Of a stretch of DNA of 64,000 nt, positions 9,475-18,038 are shown piece after piece. Numbering within the stretch: position 1 is the stretch's first letter; each line of letters begins with the position of its first letter. Location: contig CAXNGS010000001.1 of the NCBI GenBank assembly GCA_964202055.1, positions 224,186 through 288,185 on the forward strand, read 5' to 3'. The position numbers and the translations under genes are program-made. The notes under the pieces are model-generated. The model was given only the letters and a program-made list of their open reading frames with translations, made no database searches and had not been told where the DNA came from. The DNA comes from Bdellovibrionota bacterium. GTDB lineage: Bacteria > Bdellovibrionota > UBA2428.

Positions 9475-11138
9475 ACGAAATCACTCCGAGAGTCAGCTGA
9501 ATTTTGTGATGCAATTTTAGGCTCAGCGTTTAAGTCACTACCAGGCCCTTCAAAGCCGATGGCGGTGACATAGGGCGAGGTTGCCGAAAAGATTTTTAAG
9601 TGGATTGAATAGGCGTCGAGCATTTTTTTTGCAGTGGCCAGCCCAAGTCCCGAGCCTTGCTTTTTAAAGGTCACGAAACTTTCGAACTTTCCGCTTTGAA
9701 CCGCACTGGGTAGTCCGGATCCTGAATCCTGGACTTGCAGGTTCCAATGGGACTGAGTTTTTTCAAGACTGATTTGAATCAAGCGAACCGGCGCATCTTC
9801 AAGAGCTTCGAGTGCATTTTTAAGCAAATTAATCAGCGCTGATTTCAGCACGTTTCTTGGCACGCGCAGTAAAATGTTTTCAGCGGTTATTTTTCGAGCA
9901 ATCACAACCGCGTTCAATTTAATTTCGTCGGAAAATAATTCGAGACATTCTTCGATCACACTTTGGAGGTGGCAAATCGATTCGCTGTCGTTGTCGAGGC
10001 TGGCCCGAGTGTCACTTAGGTGAGTTTCGGTCAGAGCATCCAGCCGGTCGACTTCGCGCAAGATTCGATCGACGATTGCTTTTTGTTCGGTGTCGAGTGA
10101 TTCGCGCAATATCTCGAGCTTTAAATTCATGCTGTTTAATGGGTTGCGAATTTCATGCGCCAGTTGCGCGCCCATTTCGCTCATAGTTGCTAGCTTTTCG
10201 TTCTTAATGACCTTTTGCAGCAACTCTTCGTTGTGACGGGTTAAGTGAAAAAGCGCGGATAGCAACGTCGACGTCGCCCGTTCGCTTTCTTGGATTTTAT
10301 CCTCGCGGCGCAAAAGTTCGCGGCGTTGTTCAAGTGAATTCAGTAAATGATGGCGCACGCTTTCAGAGAGTTCTTGAATTTCGCGCGGAGGCGAAGCAAT
10401 TCCGGAGCCGGTGAACGAAGTCGGAGCGAGCGGAATGTCTTCGGAATTTTTAGTCGACTGAAGAGCTTGGCGCAAAATTTCTAGCGGGCGAATCCATCGC
10501 CAAAACAAAACCGAGAAAATCGCGGCCAATAAAAAAGCGCCCAGTACCAGTAGCGTCCAAAATCCCAGGTAGCTGTGGTTTTCCTGATCAAGCTTCATGA
10601 GTTGAATGGAAAATTCGCGGTCCAAGTTTTTTTCAAGGATCGACGTCTGTTCGCGGATGTCTTCGAGTTGAGTGATGGCTTCTTGAAAAGATTTAAATGA
10701 ATTCAGTTGATCTTGGTATTTTTTGACCGATTCGGTCCAAGGTTTGAAGGGGCTGGCCAGGCCACGGGGAAACACCGGGCTGCCGTTGAATTGCAGCAGT
10801 GATTGAACTGAGGGGCTAACTCTCAACAAAGTTTGTTGATGGGGATTGAGGGCCGCGTTTTTGCCGCCAGAATCTTGGCTCTTTAATTCAAAAGCGCTAA
10901 TGAGGCTCAATTCTTGGATCTGCAAATCCAATTCAGCTTTGGCTGATTGAAGCATTTTTGCAGCCGGTAACAAAAGCGTGCGATATCTTTTGGAAGCGTT
11001 GTCGAGCGACTCTTGGGCTGACTTCATCAGAACTAAACCTGAAAAAGTGATGATCATTAATAAGATAAGGAAGACTGCGATTCGAGAGCGAAAGCCTGAC
11101 GGAGTTTTGGCACCCTCAAATGCGCTTTTCATAGTCAA
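9471..11138 (-). CDS. sensor histidine kinase (two TM segments, HisKA + HATPase_c)
   Basis: H-box LAHEIRNPLNSM, N-box LINLLKNALEAL, G1 VQDSGSGLP, G2 GSGLGLATAKK. Hydrophobic segments near aa 20-40 and 190-215. Confidence 0.85.
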   Translation of the reverse strand: MTMKSAFEGAKTPSGFRSRIAVFLILLMIITFSGLVLMKSAQESLDNASKRYRTLLLPAAKMLQSAKAELDLQIQELSLISAFELKSQDSGGKNAALNPHQQTLLRVSPSVQSLLQFNGSPVFPRGLASPFKPWTESVKKYQDQLNSFKSFQEAITQLEDIREQTSILEKNLDREFSIQLMKLDQENHSYLGFWTLLVLGAFLLAAIFSVLFWRWIRPLEILRQALQSTKNSEDIPLAPTSFTGSGIASPPREIQELSESVRHHLLNSLEQRRELLRREDKIQESERATSTLLSALFHLTRHNEELLQKVIKNEKLATMSEMGAQLAHEIRNPLNSMNLKLEILRESLDTEQKAIVDRILREVDRLDALTETHLSDTRASLDNDSESICHLQSVIEECLELFSDEIKLNAVVIARKITAENILLRVPRNVLKSALINLLKNALEALEDAPVRLIQISLEKTQSHWNLQVQDSGSGLPSAVQSGKFESFVTFKKQGSGLGLATAKKMLDAYSIHLKIFSATSPYVTAIGFEGPGSDLNAEPKIASQNSADSRSDFV

Positions 11139-11219
11139 AAGTCCCCTCTTTAAGATCTGATTAAAGTTTACATCAAAAACTTCCGATAGGTTACACTGAA
11201 GTAGGGAGAGTTCTATCTT

Positions 11220-13196
11220 ATGTCGATTTTTTTGGCTAATCGCCCAAAGATCTCCATGGCTGTAACAGCTAAATTAAGTTTATGGATAATCACATCTGCG
11301 CTGGTAGCTCCAAACGCGAGAGCGGAGTTGTCAGATAAGATCGAAGACATAAATTTAACCGCCATCGCTTTTGAGTGTGGAGTTTACGGCGGGGGATTTA
11401 ACGGCGAATTTTTCAATTCAAAAAACGAACCTACAAATTCTTTAAAATCCTTTGTCGCTACCCAAGTGAAACGTGATTTCAATGCCAAGAAAGATAAGAG
11501 TAAATTAGAAAACGCAGGTTACAAGAGCCCGGTTTGTGAAATGTTTGTGTTGAACGCATTGGGATCTCAAGACACTGATTTGGCTAAAGAGCGATGCGAA
11601 AGCATTCGTGATCCTTTGTTCATTGAAAAAAATGCAAATAAAATTACCGGCTCCAACGGCAAAGAAGCCGCCAAGCCTAATTTCTCAATGAGCAGTTTTG
11701 CTTTTAGCGGCAGTTCTTCTCAGGGCAATGGCGCTGATGTTGCAGGTGAGGGTCCCTGTGATCCCGAAACTTTGCCTACATTGGCCGGTGATAATGCTCC
11801 GGCGATCAAATTCGGTTGCATGAGCCAAAGTTTCCGCGAACGCGAAAAGAAAGATAAAAAAGCACTGCAAACCGTGTTGCTGACTTGCGCCCAACTCGGC
11901 GTGAACATGAACGAAGTCAAACCAGAGACTTACACTTCGCTTGCTAATTCCGGACTCGACGCGATGGGCGGCGGTTATTGCGGATACCGTGGCGGTGGCC
12001 CGATCATCATCCGTCGCGAGAAAAATAATTTAGAAACTGTTTTAAACGCTAGTTTGGGCGCTCTGAAAGTTTTGGCTCCGATGTACGTGATGCACAAAGC
12101 TTTCAATAAGCACGAGCAAACCGCGCAAATGGCCATCAACAACAATTACGCCTTGGGATTCCCGAGTGCGGTTTACGCTGGCTCAGGCGGCGGAGGTTGG
12201 GGCGGCGGTGGTTGTGGCGGCGGCGGTGGTTGGGGTGGCGGTGGTTGTGGTGGTGGTAACGGTGGCGTGATTGTCGGCGGCGGCGGCGGATTCTGTGGTG
12301 GTGGCATGGCCATGCCCGGAATGTGCGGCGGCGGCGGCGGACATATGGGTCCCGGTTGGGGCGGCGGCGGTGGTGGTGGTGGCTACTTACCTCCTGGTGG
12401 TGGTGGCTGCGCGTGCATCACGGCTCCTTGTATTTGCGGCGGTGGCGGCGGCGGCGGTGGTGGCCAAGTCATAGGCGGCGGTCCTTGTGGTCTTCCTCCG
12501 ATGGCTCCGTGGTACGGCGGTTGCGGCGGCGGTGGTGGTTCGATGAATGGCGGTCCCGGTTGGGGCGGCGGTGGTAATGGATTCCCCGGACCTGGCGGCA
12601 CTTTAGGTGGCGGCAATGGTTGGGGTGGCGGTGCTGGTGGTGGCGGCGTTCCCGGTTGGGGCGGCGGTACTAATATGCCGGGATGGGGAAATCAGGGCAA
12701 CGGATTCCCGGGCCCTGGTGGAACACTCGGTGGCGGCAATGGTTGGGGTTCGGGTGGCAACAATCCCTATGGCTACAACGGACAATTCGGACAAGCTCCT
12801 CATTGGGGCGCGCAAAACGGACAAAACGCAAACTACGCGGCTCAACAAGCGGCCGAGTGGGAAAGACAAGCAGCTTCGATGATGCGAGCAGCAGAAGATG
12901 CGCGGCGCAAGGCTCAGCTTTATAGCTCGGTTGAAGAAGAGCGAAGTCGTGCGATGAACGAATGGAATATGAAATCTTACAAAGCGTGGATGGCATACGA
13001 AATGTCGCGATATCAAGCCAGCTCGGGTTACTACGATACGGCTCAGAGTGGTCGCGGTGGGGTAACCGGTATTTACAATCCGCCTTATCGCAGCGGTGGA
13101 ACTCAGTTGAATGGTGCGGTGGTTGGCAATGGTGGCGGTTCAGCAGGCTACTTGAACTTCAACTACAACAGCCGAACTCCTTCTAATAATCGTTAG
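11220..13196 (+). CDS. secreted glycine/tryptophan/cysteine-rich low-complexity protein (unknown family)
   Basis: RBS-like GGGAGAG upstream. Signal-like MAVTAKLSLWIITSALVAPNARA. About 200-aa core of GGGGWGGGGCGGGG-type repeats. An 18-aa repeat GNGFPGPGGTLGGGNGWG occurs twice (12573-12626, 12696-12749); 8 codons differ and all differences are synonymous, which supports real translation. Confidence 0.7.
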   Translation: MSIFLANRPKISMAVTAKLSLWIITSALVAPNARAELSDKIEDINLTAIAFECGVYGGGFNGEFFNSKNEPTNSLKSFVATQVKRDFNAKKDKSKLENAGYKSPVCEMFVLNALGSQDTDLAKERCESIRDPLFIEKNANKITGSNGKEAAKPNFSMSSFAFSGSSSQGNGADVAGEGPCDPETLPTLAGDNAPAIKFGCMSQSFREREKKDKKALQTVLLTCAQLGVNMNEVKPETYTSLANSGLDAMGGGYCGYRGGGPIIIRREKNNLETVLNASLGALKVLAPMYVMHKAFNKHEQTAQMAINNNYALGFPSAVYAGSGGGGWGGGGCGGGGGWGGGGCGGGNGGVIVGGGGGFCGGGMAMPGMCGGGGGHMGPGWGGGGGGGGYLPPGGGGCACITAPCICGGGGGGGGGQVIGGGPCGLPPMAPWYGGCGGGGGSMNGGPGWGGGGNGFPGPGGTLGGGNGWGGGAGGGGVPGWGGGTNMPGWGNQGNGFPGPGGTLGGGNGWGSGGNNPYGYNGQFGQAPHWGAQNGQNANYAAQQAAEWERQAASMMRAAEDARRKAQLYSSVEEERSRAMNEWNMKSYKAWMAYEMSRYQASSGYYDTAQSGRGGVTGIYNPPYRSGGTQLNGAVVGNGGGSAGYLNFNYNSRTPSNNR

Positions 13197-13332
13197 TTAG
13201 AGTGGGACTCTCATTCTTGGGGGGTCCTTTTCGCTCTACATCTCACAGTTTGACTCCACGCGTTAATTTAACTAAGACTGCGCTGTGATTTCACGCTCGT
13301 GCCCAACTTCGATTTCAATTTTTCATCGATTG

Positions 13333-14754
13333 ATGGCGCTGGCGCTTTCGTTGTCCTTTTTCCTGTCGCCGATTCTTCAGTCGACTTCGCTGGCTGTAGA
13401 TAAAATTGATTTAAACGGCGGCGCTCCAATTGATCCGAATCGTGCTGGCGAATCACCAGACGCATCCCCGTCACTACCAAATGCGGCTGATCCTAAGTCT
13501 TGCGATCAGGCGCTCCGAGATAAAGCAGCCTTGGAATTAGCCGCGCTCAAGTCCGATGAATCGGTGGGGGCAGCGTGCGCTCAGGCCGGCGTTTGCGAAG
13601 TTGGCGAATCCAAAATCACGCGACGTTTTCAGCTCTTTAAATTTTTGCGATCGATGGTCGTGCAAAGTGGTGTGGAAATTTGGGAGTCGGTGAAGGCCGT
13701 TCGAGGGCGTGAGTTGCGCAAGAACCCAAATGCGATGCTCGATTTTGTGAAAAATATGGCGATCATTTGGCCGGGGCAAATTTTCGGTTGGATGCGCGAG
13801 CAAGCCAAAACCGGCGCTGTATCAAATATTTTCAATGCGCCTTATACAATATTTTTTCATACCTTTTTCATGGTGTGGACTCAGAGTGATCGCGGTGCCG
13901 GCAACACTCCAGATGTTGATAGTGCAGAATCGAAAGCTCCCAAAAAATTATGGAACTGGGTAGACCGCGCGCTTACGAAAACTCCCCGCCCGGTGGGCGA
14001 TTGGAGTCGCAATCTTTTGGAATCGACTTTACCAGCACTGAGCATGATTCAAGAAGCTTACCGAGGGAAAAACGGATTTTGGAAAGAAAACGGCCAACGC
14101 TTTGTTGGGTTTTTATCGATCATTCCTCTCGAAGTTTTGTCGCTGACTTTGATGGAATCATTGAAGGCCACGCCGGGTTTGATTCAGAGTGGGCATCTTC
14201 CAGAAGGCTTTGGTGGAATTTTAGCCAATCGGGCTTTGTTTGCGGTGATGTTTGGCGTTTACTTGTCACTTAAGTGGGCGCTTTTTTCCAAGGTTTTTGA
14301 CTTGCGAGTTTTGCCAGCTTTTCGCGGTTGGTTATCGTCCGGATGGCAACCTCAATGGCAAAGTTTAAAAGAAAAATATGGAATGCGCTTTCGCGAAGGC
14401 GAAGTTTTCGATGAATTGAAACTAGGACGATTGCTCACGGTAGATTTGTACAAGGCTTTGCGAGGCCAACGTTATGCCAGCCAAGTCGAAGGCTGTCGTT
14501 TGGTAGCCCAAAAAAGCATGGGCGAAGACGGCGATGGCAAGGGGTGGCGCGAATATTGCCAGCGCTGGAGTGCTTATTCGAGTTTCGCCAAGAGCGGCGA
14601 GTTTTGGACTTTACTGCGCGAGAAACCCGGCACTTGGTTGAAGCACATTGCGGGATTCCCGATTGAAATGACTTATCGTTATGGCAATAGCTTTTTAGAT
14701 GGCGCTCTGGTTTTTTGGCTGATCAATTCGGCAGTTCCGGCAATGCTAAATTAG
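13333..14754 (+). CDS. hypothetical multi-pass membrane protein
   Basis: Start moved to ATG 13333 (MALALSLSFFLSPILQSTSLA signal-like), in frame with the track ORF at 13285. Several hydrophobic helices (YTIFFHTFFMVW, FVGFLSIIPLEVLSLTLM, LFAVMFGVYLSLKWALF). No family recognised. Confidence 0.55.
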   Translation: MALALSLSFFLSPILQSTSLAVDKIDLNGGAPIDPNRAGESPDASPSLPNAADPKSCDQALRDKAALELAALKSDESVGAACAQAGVCEVGESKITRRFQLFKFLRSMVVQSGVEIWESVKAVRGRELRKNPNAMLDFVKNMAIIWPGQIFGWMREQAKTGAVSNIFNAPYTIFFHTFFMVWTQSDRGAGNTPDVDSAESKAPKKLWNWVDRALTKTPRPVGDWSRNLLESTLPALSMIQEAYRGKNGFWKENGQRFVGFLSIIPLEVLSLTLMESLKATPGLIQSGHLPEGFGGILANRALFAVMFGVYLSLKWALFSKVFDLRVLPAFRGWLSSGWQPQWQSLKEKYGMRFREGEVFDELKLGRLLTVDLYKALRGQRYASQVEGCRLVAQKSMGEDGDGKGWREYCQRWSAYSSFAKSGEFWTLLREKPGTWLKHIAGFPIEMTYRYGNSFLDGALVFWLINSAVPAMLN

Positions 14755-14810
14755 TTTTTATAAATTAATTTAGTTTTTATAAAATTTAGATAATTTAATA
14801 AGAGGCTTAA

Positions 14811-15773
14811 TTAAAAATTACGATTCACTTGTAGGCTCCAAAAATAACCGGGCCAAGTTTTGATCAAACCGATTTTTTGGACAAATCCCCAGTTCTCGCC
14901 GCGCCAATGGGTGGTGAACAAATAAAGGGGATAAAAAGAAATTTTATTATTGGATTTGATATCTTTAGTGGGGTCGTCGGGCCATTGCCCTTTACGAATG
15001 GCGATGGGGATTTCGAATCCAGCGGCCAAAGTTTCCGAGTGGCTGAATAATATCGAGGGCCCAGTTATGGCGCCGAAAACTTGAATGTTTTTCCCGATGT
15101 AACACTTGTCGGGGCCGGTGCCGGCATTGGCACAAAGCGAAGAGTCTTCTTTTTTATCGCCCAGATTAGCAATCCCCACAAACGCACAGGTGTCCCAAGT
15201 GAATTGACGACGGGCGCTTTTACTTAGGTAGAATCCAATGCCGGGACAAAGGCCCATCGCGGTAGAGAGCACTGGAATTTTGTGGCGATCGTTGGCGTCG
15301 CTTTGATTGATGGTGATCGTAATTTGTTCCTGCCAAGACATGAATCCCAACGTGAAATAGGAGCCTTTGATTTCAGCTAAGCCGGTTTCTCCGGGTCGCA
15401 AACGATGGGCAAAGGGGCGTTCCACATTCGATGCGATGGGAGCCGCGTCTTTGGGTTTTTCATAGGCTTCTTTAAGCCGAATGCATTTTGAACTAACCGC
15501 AAACATTTGGCCGCTGTTGTCGCCTTCGACCATGAACACTGTGATTTCGTCTTTTTGGGGCAAGCGCTTGCCGGCGATTTTGTATTTGCTGAAATAACCA
15601 AGTTTGCGTTTGGTTTTTACAAACTTGCTGTCGTTTTTAGAATACTGATTAACGTCACATTTCGGATTGCTGATTCCGACCACGTAGCCATCGGCGCGCG
15701 CCGAGCTTGCGATTAGTGCGGAGGTGACTAGGGTCGTCACAAATAAAAATTGTTTAGTGTTAAAAGTAAACAT
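14811..15773 (-). CDS. secreted hypothetical protein, probable outer-membrane beta-barrel
   Basis: Signal peptide FVTTLVTSALIASSARA. C-terminal WSLQVNRNF ends in Phe (OMP beta-signal). 14-nt overlap with the upstream barrel gene. Confidence 0.55.
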   Translation of the reverse strand: MFTFNTKQFLFVTTLVTSALIASSARADGYVVGISNPKCDVNQYSKNDSKFVKTKRKLGYFSKYKIAGKRLPQKDEITVFMVEGDNSGQMFAVSSKCIRLKEAYEKPKDAAPIASNVERPFAHRLRPGETGLAEIKGSYFTLGFMSWQEQITITINQSDANDRHKIPVLSTAMGLCPGIGFYLSKSARRQFTWDTCAFVGIANLGDKKEDSSLCANAGTGPDKCYIGKNIQVFGAITGPSILFSHSETLAAGFEIPIAIRKGQWPDDPTKDIKSNNKISFYPLYLFTTHWRGENWGFVQKIGLIKTWPGYFWSLQVNRNF

Positions 15774-16902
15774 GGGCCTGCCCTAATAGTCGGATGGTGT
15801 CGCCTTTGGTTCCGAGTTCTGAAAGGTTGTAGGATCGATAGCCCTGGATATCGAAGCGAAGTTCGAGTCTTTGGAAGGGTGAATAGATCAAGGTAGGACC
15901 CGCTTGAAATTGCTCGTTGCGGGCGCCACCTTGGGTGGAGCTTAGATACTCAAAGGTTAAAAGATAATGCAATCCACGGGCGACCGTGGTGTATGACTGG
16001 ATAAGAGCATACAAAGCACTGTTGTTACCACTATCGCCGATGTCCGTTCGAACGTATCCAACTTCGGTTAAGAGGCTGGCTCCGCCTTCATAGCCACTGC
16101 GGGAATGAATCGCCGCCATCATCCGCTTTCGGAGCGGGCTTTGGCTGTAAAGCGTAGAAAATCCCATTCGCCATTTGTTTTTGGGTTCCCATTCGTACAT
16201 GAGCGATGCGCCTTTTTGGCGAATTTCAGAATCGGCCATCATGTTTCCTAGGAAGGTATGAAGATTGATCTCCGATTTTGTGCTCGCGTAATTGACCAGC
16301 AATCCATGGGTTTGATCGTTTTGAGCTAAGCCAGTAGCCACCCGGCTAAAGGCGGTGTGGTCGGGAATTCGAGTGCCAAAAGCGGTGTCCATATATCCGG
16401 TGTAGAAGCCCCATTTTTTCGAGGGACGATAGGCCAAATAATGTTCGCGAGTGATGAGAATTTTTCCGGTACCCCCTGCATCGATGTATCCCATGGTGCC
16501 CGATGCAAATAAATTGGGTTTAAAGTTAATGACCATGTTGAAATCGGCGCTCATCGGAAAAAATCGAGCTTTAGGATCATTGCCAATGTCGTCGATCATG
16601 TGAAGCATTCGCAAGTCAAATGAGGGGCGAAATTTCGAGTCCACTCGTGGCCGCCCCCAAAATCCCGAACGACCGCCGATGGCTTCATCAGTTGCTTTTA
16701 AATTCCAAAAAGGCTTTGCCGAAAATTCAGTGGCACCCAAGGCTCGGCCGTAATCGGTGAGCGGGCCATTGCCCAAGGGATTGTAATGACAGACCGAGCA
16801 AGCAGTGTAGCCGTAGGCCACAAAGTGAGGATAGGCCAAAGACTCTTGCGAGGTGATGAGCGCGATCAGCCCGGCAATAATAAAGACCAGCGATCGTTTC
16901 AT
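15760..16902 (-). CDS. outer-membrane beta-barrel protein with N-terminal CxxCH motif
   Basis: Signal peptide LVFIIAGLIALITSQESLA. YTACSVCHYNPLGNGPLTDYGR follows directly after the cleavage site. Alternating beta-strand pattern and C-terminal LLGQAHVYF. Confidence 0.6.
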   Translation of the reverse strand: MKRSLVFIIAGLIALITSQESLAYPHFVAYGYTACSVCHYNPLGNGPLTDYGRALGATEFSAKPFWNLKATDEAIGGRSGFWGRPRVDSKFRPSFDLRMLHMIDDIGNDPKARFFPMSADFNMVINFKPNLFASGTMGYIDAGGTGKILITREHYLAYRPSKKWGFYTGYMDTAFGTRIPDHTAFSRVATGLAQNDQTHGLLVNYASTKSEINLHTFLGNMMADSEIRQKGASLMYEWEPKNKWRMGFSTLYSQSPLRKRMMAAIHSRSGYEGGASLLTEVGYVRTDIGDSGNNSALYALIQSYTTVARGLHYLLTFEYLSSTQGGARNEQFQAGPTLIYSPFQRLELRFDIQGYRSYNLSELGTKGDTIRLLGQAHVYF

Positions 16903-17019
16903 CTTGTTAAGAAGTTATCAAAGAAATCCAAGCTCCGCTATCCGCCGCAAAAATTATGCAAAAAATATGAAAAAAAACAGTGGCCAAGGCTACCCAGAAG
17001 ATTTTTGAGAGTTAGAATC

Positions 17020-17457
17020 ATGAGCATGGTTCAACGGGTGCAAGTTAAGATGAAGGGACGAGCGGGAAAAATCGCAAAAAAAATAATAGGCCCTTGTCTC
17101 GCGATTTTAATTTTTGCCGGAGCCGGAATTTTGCAGTCTTGTTTTTTAAACACCAGCAACACTTTCACAGCCGACAAGCCTTGCGGTGACAGCGCCGACG
17201 AAGATTTTTGCGGATTTCAAACTTTGCTAAAACCCGGCGGATGTTTCACTTCGGGCTGTCATAGCGAGTGGTTGGATTATGATTCTTTCGAAGACTACGT
17301 CGCTGATGGATTGATCACCAAAGGGGCTCCTGGATCATCATCGATTTATACTAAATTGGCCGGTGCGGGTTCCGGCGGCAATATGCCATTGGGTTCTTAT
17401 CCAGATTTGGAAAGCAGCTCGCTTAGTGATTTGAGTGATTACATCACGGGTCTTTAA
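17020..17457 (+). CDS. small lipoprotein with CxxCH heme motif (PSCyt1-like)
   Basis: Start moved to ATG 17020, because the track ORF from 16786 overlaps the neighbouring gene. Lipobox-like ILQSC. GGCFTSGCHSEW followed by KGAPGSSSIYTKLAGAGSGGNMPLG, resembling the Planctomycete cytochrome-c domain. Confidence 0.55.
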   Translation: MSMVQRVQVKMKGRAGKIAKKIIGPCLAILIFAGAGILQSCFLNTSNTFTADKPCGDSADEDFCGFQTLLKPGGCFTSGCHSEWLDYDSFEDYVADGLITKGAPGSSSIYTKLAGAGSGGNMPLGSYPDLESSSLSDLSDYITGL

Positions 17458-17495
17458 GCAAAGATTACATCACGGGTTTGTGATTTAAAATTCGA

Positions 17496-17999
17496 TCAGT
17501 CTGAATCGTCTAGCCCTTCAACGAAATTCCAAAGCGCATTGAACTCAGCAAGTGTAAGTCCGGTATTTTTCGGCATTGATTCGATCGACACCAAAAGTGC
17601 AGGCGCGCCTGCAGGTTTTTTAACGGTCTGCATCATTGGCGATTGGTATCCGTCGAAATCAAGGCCAATGAATGAATGGGGCACCCCGAGACACGGATCA
17701 TTCCAATATTTTGGATTGTAGAGTTGGCTTGCCATCAAATTTCCACGGGATTCGTGGCAACTAAGACACTTGCTTTGAATGACTGCTGCCGCGGCTTCAA
17801 GTCGCGCTTTCTTTGCAGTCATCAAACCGGGTTGGGGCATTGAATAGTCAGTGGTGTCGGCATTGCCACAAGCATCCACGAATTCTTCTTCTTCGTCTGC
17901 GCCTCCACCAGCTAAGTCAGGGTTCACGGCCAATTTGCACGCAGACAAGGTCCACACGCTTAGTAGTGCCATCAGTTTTAAATTTCCGTTGATCCGCAT
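17496..17999 (-). CDS. small lipoprotein with CxxCH heme motif
   Basis: Lipobox TLSAC. SKCLSCHESRGNLM. 167 aa. Confidence 0.6.
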   Translation of the reverse strand: MRINGNLKLMALLSVWTLSACKLAVNPDLAGGGADEEEEFVDACGNADTTDYSMPQPGLMTAKKARLEAAAAVIQSKCLSCHESRGNLMASQLYNPKYWNDPCLGVPHSFIGLDFDGYQSPMMQTVKKPAGAPALLVSIESMPKNTGLTLAEFNALWNFVEGLDDSD

Positions 18000-18038
18000 A
18001 CGTGTCCCCCTAGGTCGTGCTTACATTCAAAACTTTGC

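Noticed and set aside
11108-11123. Sigma54-like TGGCAC...GC upstream of the Gly-rich gene.
   Set aside because: GG to GC spacing is 13 rather than the invariant 12, and the -12 region reads ATGC rather than TTGC. It also lies inside the kinase coding sequence.
12271-13016. Cluster of ORFs on both strands inside the Gly-rich gene (Pro-rich 12383-12616 minus, Arg/Trp-rich 12323-12577 plus, Ala/Val-rich 12271-12474 plus, and others).
   Set aside because: They are compositional shadows of the GGN repeat tract (CCN on the reverse strand, shifted frames). The synonymous-only differences between the two 18-aa repeats support only the 11220-13196 frame.
14751-14783. 14-bp direct repeat TTAGTTTTTATAAA occurring twice in the convergent intergenic region.
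   Set aside because: It is short and lies in an extremely A+T-rich spacer, so it is plausibly chance or terminator-associated sequence.
16786-17019. Long N-terminal extension of the plus-strand CxxCH lipoprotein ORF.
   Set aside because: It overlaps the 5' end of the minus-strand barrel gene and encodes a basic, low-complexity peptide. The internal ATG at 17020 gives a normal lipoprotein signal.
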